A stretch of 64,000 bases of DNA from Styela clava (lineage: Eukaryota): the NCBI RefSeq assembly GCF_964204865.1, contig NC_135254.1:11284001-11348000 (forward strand), read 5' to 3'. Position numbers and translations under genes: made by a program. Shown in pieces: positions 13,601 through 25,819 of the stretch (positions are counted from its first letter, which is position 1; each line of letters starts with the position of its first letter). A model generated the notes under the pieces. That model saw only the letters and a program-made list of their open reading frames with translations. It was not told the origin of the DNA and made no database searches.

Positions 13601-16600
13601 TAGCAATTGAAGTCCAAATTACACAATGGTGTTTTATTTCTCAGTATTGTATAATGCAGACCAAAAAAGTTGTCTGTGTGTCAAATGTAATATAGTGATA
13701 TTTTGTCTGGTATTAGCATATCTGGCCCTGCATGATCCAATTCTGAGAAAAAAATATATTAGGTACAAGAATTGATTTAAACAATGAATGAAAATATCTA
13801 AACTTCCTTAATATTCATCCCTTGTGGTTCGTGTGTCCCGAAAAGATGAATGTAATGGGATTCCTTGTTCTTTCGATAAATGTGGTCATGAAATAGTTTT
13901 TCAATGCCAATGACACTCAAATCTTTAAGCAAATGTCCCGGTTGACTGAAATGGGCGCCAACAACCAGATCTTTGTTTTGGGTTTTTATACTTCTAATAT
14001 GCTCAGTTATTCGGTATGACCACATTTATCGAAAGAACAAGGAATCCCATTACATTCATCTTTTCGGGACACACGAACCACAAGGGATGAATATTAAGGA
14101 AGTTTAGATATTTTCATTCATTGTTTAAATCAATTCTTGTACCTAATATATTTTTTTCTCAGAATTGGATCATGCAGGGCCAGATATGCTAATACCAGAC
14201 AAAATATCACTATATTACATTTGACACACAGACAACTTTTTTGGTCTGCATTATACAATACTGAGAAATAAAACACCATTGTGTAATTTGGACTTCAATT
14301 GCTAAATATAAAACAAAGAGAGAGATCTCATCAATGACACTTATTTCGGCCACCCGCTGTTATTTAATCAAGAAATTCACAGATTTTATTGATTATTTAA
14401 CATGCGTGACTCCTATAATTCTACTATGATTGTTTAAATATGCATGTAACTGCTTTTCGTGTTGTAGTTGAATTATGTATGTCTGAAGAAGTCTGACCTT
14501 GGTCAGACGAAACGTTACAGAAATATATTTGTGTTAGTGTGCAGCAAGACTCTTGAATCACTTAGGATTGTTATCTCTACTCTTGCTACAGCATCCTTGC
14601 AATATATGCATACGGATCCACCGGCACAAAAACATAGAAGAAGGATAAGTAGTTAGTTTCGCAGAAACCAAATAATTGTATATGTCAGTTGCGAAACAAA
14701 AGAAACCAAACAATCACTATAAGTTTGGTTGTTTTCACGACGACAAATGAAACTAATGTCATTTGAATTCTCATTTTAACCTGCTTTTCAGAATGTTTAT
14801 CAATGGAACGGCAAAGAATGCAACCATTTTGAGAAACTGAAAGCTAACAACGTAGCACGCGCAATAATCAGCTACGAAAAAGGTGGCAAAGGCAAACTTA
14901 TTAAAATAGAAGACGGAGAAAGGATACCCATAAATATGTTGCAGGTTGGTTTAAACTTTCGTAAATATAATCAGAATTAGGAATTTAGTAAACAACATTG
15001 AAAATTTTCTTGAGAAAAGACAATTTTACATCCTTCTAGTATGAGTTGTGTCTCCATATACAGGCTCTTCTGGGTACACCAGGCGACATCCTACCTTCAG
15101 TACCCGATGACGTTGTACTATCAACGGACACATCGCCAGCTGTTCTTTATCATGTGTGTGCCGATACAGGAAAACTCATAATTACCGAAATAGGATATGC
15201 ACCACTTGAACAAGACCAGCTGGACAGTGGCGATTCTTACATTTTGGACAATGGATCTCAAGGAAAAATTTTTGTTTGGAAAGGTGAATGACTTACCAAT
15301 TCGGAACTAGTGAAAAATTCCGGTTTTAATGAAGCCATACACCGATGTCACCACAAGCGGTTAACAATGTGCGCTTACCATTGTTTTAATTTCAATTTTT
15401 GACATGTCTGCCTATGAATATATGATTGGGTTCCATCTTTGCACCCACGTACATTTGCATCCAGAACAATCGCACCTACATACTTTTGCACCCACTGACA
15501 TTTGCACCCTTGAACAATTGCACGCGCAGATTTTAGCACCCACATACAGGTTGCATCAATGGACATTTGTACTCACGCACATTTGCACCAACGTAAATTT
15601 GCACCCACAGACATTTGCACTCATAAACATTTACACACACATGTATTTTGCGGTAATACGTAATTTTGAGTACGAATTCGGTACGATTCACCAAAAAAAA
15701 GTTAATATTTGCATTCTAATATTATGGAGTCACTAATAAGCAACTCATGACATCAAATCATGTGACAGGGTATTTGCGTCACCAAGCACACACTTTGTAT
15801 ACGATGAACCTCCAAAAACGTCAGTTGTTAAAACGCTGTATAGTGTTCATCTTCTAATCGGTTTCTTGTCCAGTTCCCTGATCTGGATTCGAGTCGCAAA
15901 CACCTTAAAACAAATAGCTCTAGTAACGATGACTCCAACAGAATTCGCGTATTGGAATTGTCCATTGTCATATTCTAACCTGTAAACATTAGTCAACGAT
16001 AAAAAAATGAAACAACTTCGAACCGAAAATTTCGAAAAATCGATTTAAAACGACATGAAAGTTGCATTTACTTATATGTTAATATTAGGCAAAGGAGCAA
16101 GTAGAGAGGAGCGACTCGGAGCTTTGGAATATGCCAACAAATTCATCGAGAGAAAAAATTATAGCGAAAGTACTGGAATTGAAATAATGGCGGAAGGAGC
16201 TGAAACAATTTTGTTCAAGCAATTCTTTTCGTCTTGGAGAAATAAAGATGAAACTGTCGGTTTCGGAAAAATTTACGCTGCCAACAAGATTGCAAAAATA
16301 GAACAGGTACTGTGATGTTTTCGTATTAAATCATTTTTCACTTCGTTTGCATTCTGAAGTGTCAGAGACATCGGCTTCAAAAATAATGTAAAATTGAAAA
16401 TTGATAAATTTCGGCATAAAAGATGTACACTGTAGTATACATAAAAATTTAATATAGCACACAACGAATTCACCCAAAAGATCTATTGCCAAATAATTAG
16501 TTCAAAAAAAGAAATATATATATATCGTTCGTAATGGAATATCTGATTTTATATTCAAACCTCTGACGAAACTTTCGTGGAAAAATAAAATGATAAATTG

Positions 16601-19600
16601 GATGAATATGAAGAAAGATTCCAGATTACCGTTAGGCTATAAACATAAATATGCCATTTTCTAATATTTCTAACGTTGTTTTTTATGAATCAGTTACGTA
16701 TTTCAGTTCAAATGTGAACAAAAGTAATCGGGTTTATATGTACGTGTTGCATAAGACTGTGTGTACATTGGAATGTGACAGTTATCAATGCTAGTCTGTC
16801 AACACGCTGTTTTAGTTAGAATGGGAGTAAAACTATTAAGTTGTTCTATAACACGTATTTTACAGATCAAGTTTGACATGAAATCATTGAATGACTCAAA
16901 GTTAGCGGCAAAGTATAGAATGGTTGATGACGGCTCCGGAAAGGTAAAACCAATATTACATGCCCAAATCAAATTACATTTTTTTCTAGTATTAGGGAGT
17001 TTTCCAATCATTGTTGCCTTAATAGTAAAAACATGATTTGCCTTCTTTTCATATTATAAGGTCCACTATATATGTATATGTTCATCAAATCTTCTGAATA
17101 AAAAACCGATTTTAGAAGGCTCCCCAAATCGCGTGATATTGCATTCCTAATTTTCACTCTCAATGTTTGATAAGCCCGTGCTGTTTTTGTTAATCCGAGG
17201 GGTGAGGGTGCGCTGGTGTACAGATTCCAAATATGCATGGTAAAATTGTGTACCAATTTGTTACGACAAAATCTTGCAACCTTATCTACATATTTTCGGT
17301 GAGATTATTCAATATGATATCCGAACAAAACAATTCATTTTGGGCTACTTTTACAGCTTGAAATCTGGCGTGTCGAAGATGGTTTTCAATCTGTAGATCC
17401 GTCAATGTATGGAGTATTCTATGACAACCATTGCTACATAATGTTGTACACATACAAACCGTCTAGAAGAGAAGAATATATTATTTATTTCTGGCAGGGA
17501 AGGCAGGCGCCCATCCAGAAGGTGTGTTAAAATATATATGTGTAGTACGATAAGTGTTCAGTATAGTTGTTGGGCGAATGAACTACACAGTCATTTAGTT
17601 ATTAAAGTATATTTCAACTATCGTCTGTTATCCTCGTTTCTGAACATACAATATACTCATAGTATGTTGGAAGAGAAAGGTAGCAAGAAACACGAGGGCT
17701 CCGAGACTTAGACAAGCAAGCGCTGAGTGTTCTAGAATCTAGATTGTAACGCTTGGTTGAGCGCAATAATGACGTATTAACTGTACTTTCCTTATTGCCA
17801 CTTCGATCTACCGGTAATTGTAGAGTCTGAAGACAAAATAATAAATGAAATCTATTTATCTGAATCCCGGAAACTTGCGTAGTGAAATGGATAAATTAAC
17901 AGTCGAATTTTTATTTTGCATTCATCAGGTCACAGTATCGTCATTTCTAGCTGTTGAGCTTTGTCGAAAATATCGCGATAGACCCGTCCAGGTTCGAGTG
18001 ATTCAAGGTAAAGAACCTCCGCATCTACTAAGCCTATTTGGAGGAAAGCCTATGATCATTGTATCGGGAAACGAAAAGATATCAAACTTTATATCAGGAA
18101 TTGACGACGTGGCATTGTTACAGGTACAACAATTCTTGAAACCACTTATAAAATAATATCCTGCTGTGAATTTAAATAAATTGTGTCTTTAGTTCTTGGA
18201 CACAAATGTTATATGTATCAAAATCGTTTTTCGTTTAAGATTTTATAAATTTTAACTACTGCAGCGAGCTATAATTTTCCAGAGTAAAATCTTTTCTTAT
18301 CCCCGTGAGAAAAATATTTTAATTCAATCGGAATATTGAAATTAATTTTCTACTCCTATATTATCGTTTCCAAAAGTAAAATTGAATAAAAATAATAATA
18401 TATTCAAATCTAGTCCTCTGAAATGTTTTTTAGATATTTTGCACTGCAACTGGAGGGCGCGCTATCCAAGTATCAACTTCTGCTGGTTCTCTAAATTCAA
18501 ACGATGCGTTCGTATTGAAAACAAGATCTTCTTGCTATATTTGGGTTGGATTGGGTGCCTCTGATGATGAAATTGATGGAGCGAAATTTGTTGCAAGTAA
18601 GATTCGATTTAGGAAAGTAAATTAATTAAATAAAAATAAAGCAACGCTTAAGATCCAGATCCATGTTTCATATGAGTTTTTTTTTAATTGGGACTTCGAG
18701 CTATTTCTATCCGTTTTTAAAGAAAATAGTAGAAACTGTTTGTCTCTCTTCCTGACCATTCAGTTTTTTGGGCATTCTACTAGGTGTGCATTTCACATTC
18801 ATTATTGTGTGGCTTTATTGCGATTCAAATTTTTCTCGTGAAACAAAATACATATTTTTTGTTTCAATTCTAACATAAAACATTTATATGGATTGTTGAA
18901 ATATTAAACTCTTTTCAGATAAACTGTGCATTCATACACCAGTCGTTCGCAAAGAAGGCAAAGAAAGTCCCGGTTTTTGGTATTGGCTTGGTGGAAAACA
19001 AGAATACGCTAACCACCCAAGGCTTCATGAGGATCTAAATGAGAATCCACCAAGATTATTTGGAATATCCGATGCATCAGGTTAGTGCATAAACAGTTCA
19101 GTAATATTTATTTAAAAGCTTTTTTAAAAGCAATCGCGGTATTTAATGAAGTATAAAATTAGATTATTGGGTTAGAACGGTTCAAAATGTCATATTGGCT
19201 AATGGCTCTTGACCTACTTTGAATAAGGACATTTTGTTAAAGCACTTTATCATTAAAGTTTATATTTGAAAGGTCGACTGGTCGTTGATGAGGTTCCAGG
19301 TGATTTCACACAAGCTGACTTATGTGAAGATGACGTCATGATGTTGGATGTTTGGGATCAAATTTTTATTTGGATTGGAAATGGCGCAAATTCACAAGAA
19401 AGAAAAGAGGCTCCAAAGTAAGAAATAGTTGATATTTTTTAGTTGAAATTTAGTGCTATTCACGTTTAATCGCGTCAGTATATATCTTCTCCAAAGGCAT
19501 GCTAACAAACTGTCAACAGTTCAATTTCGAAAATGAAAATGTTGTAGATATGTTTGTAGCAAGCTATATATTGATCAAGATACCAACTAATAATATTCTC

Positions 19601-19816
19601 GGTACAGGGAACGTGGGAATTATATTTTGACAGTTTGTTTCAAATAATTTTTATTTCATTTTTTTTAGACTTGCGGAAGATTATATTAAATCCGATCCGA
19701 GAAAACGAGATGCAAGAACATCTATTATCACAATAACACAGGGAAATGAACCTTTGTCTTTCACTGGATTTCTCCCTACTTGGGACCCAAAATTCGTTTA
19801 CAGCAAAACTCTTTAG
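7633..19816 (+). CDS. GSN: Gelsolin-family protein A (six domains, about 716 aa, no villin headpiece; gelsolin/adseverin-like)
   Basis: 13 phase-compatible GT-AG exons: 7633-7777, 10569-10765, 12409-12570, 14792-14944, 15064-15283, 16089-16306, 16866-16943, 17357-17521, 17929-18123, 18434-18596, 18919-19080, 19273-19417, 19669-19816. Motifs: [67 protein letters not shown]. The spliced ORF is open to TAG. Confidence 0.92.
9847..10290. mobile_element. MITE with G-rich terminal inverted repeats (gelsolin A intron 1)
   Basis: Left GGGGAAAGTGGGGAAGGTTGGGACA versus right-end complement GGGGAAGGTGGGGCACGTTGGGACA. Internal GTGTCCCACTGTACCC repeats. Confidence 0.6.
12602..12860. mobile_element. Tc1/mariner (pogo-like) MITE
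   Basis: TA-flanked imperfect TIRs CGTATTTTACGGACCACGAGGCGCA and TGCGTCTTATGATCTGCAAAATACGG. Confidence 0.6.
13380..13431 (-). ncRNA. Mirror copy of the minimal hammerhead ribozyme
   Basis: Reverse complement of 14474-14525 in the left palindrome arm. Confidence 0.75.
14474..14525 (+). ncRNA. Minimal type I hammerhead ribozyme of the Penelope-like element
   Basis: CTGAAGA core at 14483-14489, stem II GTCTGACC-TT-GGTCAGAC, GAAA at 14509-14512, palindromic ACGT in place of stem III, GUU cleavage triplet, short stem I TGT/ACA. Confidence 0.75.
15428..15640. repeat. Degenerate minisatellite of about 15-bp units (ACATTTGCACCCACG), related to the MITE at 1181
   Basis: Roughly 13 units. Begins GGTTCCAT like the 1181 element. 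Confidence 0.7.
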
Positions 19817-21496
19817 AGCAACTATTGCTCGAAAAATCCAATAAGCCAACACAGCATTTTCAAGTGCTTGCTATGAAGTCAAAATAAATAAGAATCTTAT
19901 AGGGATTGCAGTGCGTAGACCTATGCCATTCTGTGCTCAACCCAACCAACGTAATAGATATCGGTGTCTGTCGATCTCAAAGCGATTATTTCCTTTATAA
20001 AATAATAAGTATATTTCCTATTGATATGGCCAATACTACATAATATATATATATATATACATACACACTTTCATTTTAAATTTCAGCCGTTGAAATTCAA
20101 AAGAACAATAACTTAATAAATTGTTCGATTCTCTAATGACCTTGACGTTTCCGTCCGATATTTGGTTCATATAAAAAATGATTAGCTGGCAGCCAAATAT
20201 TAGGCCTTTTCAACCCTCAAAATATTGCAATATCATGAATATTTGCAATTTGTTTTGTCATATTACCAAATAATTAATTTGGAATAATATTACAAAACTT
20301 GCATTTTGGTTACGTTTGGTGAGAATTGGTTTCATTTTTACACCCCATGGTCAGCATCGAACTATTGAATTTATCTAGTCCAGTACTCTATATCGAAAAC
20401 TGATACCACATTGCTATAGTTACTTTTAGCAACCAATATTTGATTGTTGCCGGTACAATTTGTAAATAAAAATATAATATTTCTTCCACGTTTATTAAAC
20501 AATAAATAAAATATACGTCGATATATATTATCAGTTCTCTTCTTTTTCATTCACGATCAATTGCTGTCCAACTATAATCAAGCAATTTTATACATGGTAA
20601 AAGCCCTTGCAAGAGATTACCACTTGACTATGAGAAATTATTGGACCTATTGATTTGAAATTTTCAGTGATTTGATTGTTATTAACGATAAAAGGCTATT
20701 ACGTTTATTCATTTCAAAAATTTTTGTGGATTCAATGGAATCGTTTTTTTTGTGCGTTATGACGCCATCAAAATTAACACGATTACGCATCTTGTGGCGG
20801 TTATTGCATATTATTACTGCGTATTATTCAGCTGAAATCGCGACGACTAAGATTCCATACAGGCACTGTGAAAGATTAGATAAATACTCGTACTACTTCG
20901 ATTAGGCTTTCGTTCCATATATTTGTTGTTTCATCCATGAACGTATCATTTGTACGCAACGGAGAGTTTTTTCATCAGCATCGATCCATAATTCAGTTAT
21001 GTACATAGTCCCCCAGTACCTGTACACCATAGGCTTACTTGGATTGCAGCACCTCTTTAGTCACTGCATACTTGTATGTTGGCACTTTATGACGTCTGAG
21101 ACTACGTGATCCTGACCTATATGATGATACGATACGACAGTACAATCACAAAGAAGAAAGTGTCAATCCAATATTGATTTAACGCGCGCGAGTAACGTGA
21201 ATACACCAGGAAATGAAACTACTTGAGCCAGTTCAGCGCAAGTTTATGTAACCACAAAAATACAAAGTTGATATTCCTATGGATAAATTTGAATAGCAAA
21301 ACAAGAAAAGAAAAGAGAGGCCAATAAGTTGAGTTCAAATTTAGGTGAGATCACCTATCATTTATTTATTTCCAATATAATATTTCATTTCTATTGCCAT
21401 CGTAATTAGCAACAACCGGTAAATTCATTTGATAAAATTAGAATTTTTATAATACAACACAGATCATTACCAGCCATCGTTATACTGTATTCAGTA

Positions 21497-24360
21497 CAGT
21501 GGCGGCGCGTGGTCATTTTGACAACCGGGGCAAGCTACTGCGGGACCAAGTCACCCCCCTCTACGGGGACAGGATGAGCGCTGTAAGTTCTCCCATCATT
21601 TTATGAGTATAAAAACCATTCCATCGGTAACAACCAATCGGCAAAAGCGACAATTTTTAACGATATGAAAGTGTCTTTAAAACCGGTCCAAGTCAAGGGA
21701 TCAATAAATATAGACATAGTTTATTTTGAAACCTCTTTCAAAAGGAAAGGCAATATTTACCCAGATAAATACAATGACATATTAACAGAAACTTCGGGAA
21801 AGCAGACAAAACCTAAAATAAGGTTTAAAATGTTACTATGAAGAAAGGAAGGAAATGCAAAGATAAGGACATGCGTCGCTCACTCATAGATATATATGCT
21901 GCTAGACTTCTACTGCTTGAACATATATGCAACACTCCGCGGTTTCTTGGAAGCAAAATGCTCAATAACGCGCTGGTTAAAGTCATGCATCCCAGAAATA
22001 ACGTCTCTGTGAATGGATAAAACAGCCAAGGAATTTAATCTATCTTGCTTCATTGTGTTTCTGAGATACGTTTTAATACGCTTCAGCGTGCTGAATGTTC
22101 GCTCTGCGTCGGCGGAAGAAATAGGCGTCGTCAAAATGATGTCCAGAAATTTTGCAGACGCCGCAAAGGTAGTTAGTTACTAGAGTGTTATCTATGAGGA
22201 ACCCATAGAGCGCGCAAGTTGATGTGATGTTCAAAAAAGTTTGATTGGTGTATATACATCGCAATTCATTTTCCAATTTACCCACGTTTATCATGGGGTA
22301 AAATTTGGAGACAGTAGCCAACAAATGGATGGGAAATTGACGTGCAAATTTTGAAAAATTTTTGGGGTTCATTAAAGAGAACGCGGCAAGGTGTTCAGTG
22401 CGCAGACGATCGCCTACTTGATTCACCAGAATGTCACAGCATTCCTTTGCAGACAAAATCAAACGCTGCGTTGTTTGCCCGCGGCGTAAAGAAGCACTCC
22501 ATGCGTCGTCGTATTTTATTGTTTCCCGGATACGAGATACAGCATCGCAGAAGTCTGAAATACACGACTGCACAGACGCTCCATCCATTAGCCTTGACTG
22601 CAATGCGCCGTATAATACATCCACGTGATAGAATATTGTGGAGAAAAAATGAAAACTCACCATCTTCCAGCAGACGAGCTGGGAGACGGCGGCTACATAT
22701 CTGGCGAAGGAGGTCAGAGCGCTTCGGCGGAACGGAAAAAAATGAAGAAAACCCCGAAACATTTGCAAAAAATATACGGACGAGAGGGGTATCAAGACAC
22801 ATATTTTTAATAACGAGGTTAAATTGGTGTGCATAACAATGTAAAAAATGCAAATGAGGAAAATCTTCTTTTATATAAACTTGAACACCATGTTTCGACC
22901 CACTCATGACTGCCGCGCCGTCATAAGTTTGAGCTATCAATTTTGACTTCGCGTTGTAAGGATGTAACACTTCTTTAAGTACAGCCCATATCCCGCAAGC
23001 CGTGCGATCAACGATTGGTACAAAGCTGTGAAATCTCTCGGTAGGTTTACCATCTTTCACAAACCGAAAAATCACAGTCAGTTGGGAAGCGCACGTGATG
23101 TGAGTTGTCTCGTCAGACTGAATCGAAAGGAACTGGCAATTCTCAATTTCCAGAGCCAAATGTTGTAAATAAATTTTATACATTGAGTCGAGCAAATCAT
23201 TTTGGATATCCTTAGATGTCCCTTTCGAAACAGTTGCGGCATCAAGATGATCTCTCAATACTGTATCTAGGGATGCGGTGTATTCCACCATATCCAAAAA
23301 TACCCCTCTATTAGAAGAGCCAGCCCGTTCATCGTGCCCACGGAGGGACAGTTCGTGACAACCAATGAACTTCAAAACATCTATCAATCGACCGAGAACA
23401 TGGCGGTTTTTCTCGACGTTTTGGTTGTGCCGACGAATAGAAACCGCGCGTCCTTCATCCAACTGTGCTGCAATATTAACATTTCCGAATGTTCGGTATT
23501 TTACTGCATTGTCCAGATGCTCCATAGAAGATTGATGATCCCTGGCACGCTCGGAAAGAGGTTTAAGATCTCTAAAACCAAATTTACACCAACGTGAGTC
23601 ACGGGCGGTAGCAAAAAGTAGGCAATAAAAACAAAAAAGTGCATTTTTGTCCTCGCTGTAACACAACCATTCGTGTTTTTTATACCAAGTTTCTGCGCAG
23701 AATGTACGCCGACGCTTTCCTCCGTCATGGGATTGATCCAGTGAACAATTTTTTGGTTGATAAGGCCCAAGACGTTGTACCTCTAATTTTTGTTCCAGCG
23801 GCAGCTGCGAAAACGGAGTGCGAAGTAGTGCATCAACCTTATTCATTATGAGGTCTAAGCCTAAGAAATGCGAAGCCGGAAAGAAGTGAGGAGCTCAAAA
23901 GGAATGTGGAAAATTGAAAGCAAATGGACTAAAGGTCTCTAACTGATTCAAATAGCGAAACAAGCGACAAAAACGAAGGCGAGGAAACTATCAACTCTTC
24001 AAGCAACCAACGAACGAGAAGGAATGCGTGAATATGTCAACACGTTGTTGTAAGAAACGTCGGCATTGTGTCGTCATAATTTCGGGACTAGCCCCGATCG
24101 GCCCCGATGATTTAGTAAAAGAAACAGAAAACAAACGAGACAAACGCGGCGAGTGGAAGATAAAAGAGAGAATACGATATACAATGACGTTCGACGTTCG
24201 GCGAAGGCTTTGCGAGCGAAAATTGGACCATGTCGGGAGAATATGGCTAGTGTAGACAGTCTGTGCAACCGATATTGAGGTATTTTTCGAATATTTTTTA
24301 TTATACCGAAAAAACAACCGGGGCATTGCCCCGGTTGGCCCTATTGACGTGCCGCCACTG
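21497..24360 (-). mobile_element. hAT DNA transposon (2864 bp)
   Basis: TIRs CAGTGGCGGC(G/A)CGT with subterminal CAACCGGGGCAA. Perfect 8-bp TSD ATTCAGTA at 21489-21496 and 24361-24368. Confidence 0.95.
21910..23846 (-). pseudogene. ZMYM1-like hAT transposase, frameshifted
   Basis: TTF-type zinc finger (WLCYS..FCFYCLLF), LRGHDE, SDET, QTYDGA, HCYAHQFNL and the hATC motif SADAERTFSTLKRIKTYLR are spread over three frames. Frameshift near 22640-22670, a 4-bp duplication near 22172, and the RW-motif region appears deleted. Confidence 0.88.
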
Positions 24361-24599
24361 ATTCAGTATATTGGAAACTGATTTTCAACATTCCCGATAT
24401 AATCGTAATACAGAATGAAAAAAGCGATACCCAAATATATGGACACGAAAGATAAAACTAAGTAATACTAGTATACAATTTGTCACAGTACACTACCGCT
24501 ACCGCAATCCTCACGAATTACGCGAACGCAGGACCGCCACAAGGTGCGTAATTTTAGATATTGATGACGTCATAACACACAAAAGAACGAATCCCATAG

Positions 24600-25112
24600 C
24601 AGTGTTTTTCAACCTTTTTCATCGTGGTATACCTTTTACAATTTTTCAAGAATTTTGTATACCTTACAAATACCAATCTTTATTTAAGGATTAAATAAAC
24701 ATTCAATTTGAGCACATATTGTACTGCAATATCATCATGCAATCTAATAGGCTAATGTCCGCAAGTTATAAGTTTAACTGACGGTCTTAGCGTCAACGGG
24801 GATAATATTCAACGTAAAATAAACAAAGTGCATGACAGCCGGAATCACCAACCCACCACGTAACCGAAATATCTATATAATTTGTGATGTAACAATGTGC
24901 TCACGTCGGTTTTTGCATAAATGACATTTTATATTTCATGTGCGCCGCGTTTGCGTTGTTGTCTTCGCTTGAATATTTTATAATTTAATATATTAGAGTT
25001 TGGAGTCCCTGACTTAGGCTATACACCCTTCGTATGCGCTTTATCAGTTGTATACCCAACTTATGGTTCGGTATATACTTGGGTATACCGTATACCCGGT
25101 TGAAGAACACTG
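24600..25112. mobile_element. hAT (Charlie-type) MITE
   Basis: TIRs CAGTGTTTTTCAACC and GGTTGAAGAACACTG. CCATAG on both flanks. Absent from copy 2 (about 36272-36285). Confidence 0.8.
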
Positions 25113-25819
25113 CCATAGAGCCCACAGAAATTTTTGAAATAAATAAAAATAATAAACTTCTAGTGAAAAATACAATTGCAAATCAATTATTTCATTTTTT
25201 AAAAAGAAACGCGATTTTTTTATAACGATAAAACGAAGAATATCAACAAGAATAAGACCAAGGACAACAACATGATAACGAAACGATCCATAGGTACATT
25301 TCGTGTCCAATAATAAATATGTATTAAACATATTTTTGATATAATTGGACACTAGTTGGGTATATTTATACTTCACTCAATCCCATGCTCAATCAGTAAC
25401 CCGTGTGCAAACAAGTAAACAAGGTTGAGTCGAATTTTGTTTAGAATTGCGTCAACGCTTCATTACCAGTTCTTGTGATTGGGACCAACACGACGTGTCC
25501 TCATAAATATTTCTTGCCACCAGTGTTTGTAGTCTATTTCCAACTAAACTAAAGTAAATATTGGACAATTGCAAAATAACAATATATCATAAAAAATTTA
25601 TTTCTCATATAAATTGTTACATTAATTTGCACCAAATGTACGCTTGTCTATAAATCTTTAATAAAAATAATATATTATCTAATTTATTGAATAAAGTATA
25701 AAAGGTAGTTTTGTTCATAAGATTCAACAATAATTCTGCCTTCATTGATTTTCATCATGTACCACGGTATTGTGAGTTTGATGCAGAATTTCCTGTAAAT
25801 AAGTTCGTATTTGATATCT

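Larger units (their letters stand above)
13337..14674. mobile_element. Penelope-like retroelement remnant in inverted (palindromic) configuration
   Basis: 552-bp inverted arms at 13338-13889 and 14016-14567 around a 126-bp spacer. ORF 13798-14025 (-) is a GIY-YIG endonuclease C-terminus (RITEH..HF..GH..IE..R..ES.YI..GT..PQGMN). A 13-bp direct repeat ATTGTATATGTCA at 13324-13336 and 14675-14687 is a likely TSD. Confidence 0.85.

Noticed and set aside
15404-15736. His/Thr-rich repetitive ORF and CRISPR-like periodicity
   Set aside because: Translation of a 15-bp minisatellite. There are no unique spacers and the context is eukaryotic.
22342-24326. Several plus- and minus-strand ORFs overlapping the transposon
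   Set aside because: Shadow or alternate frames of the GC-richer hAT element.
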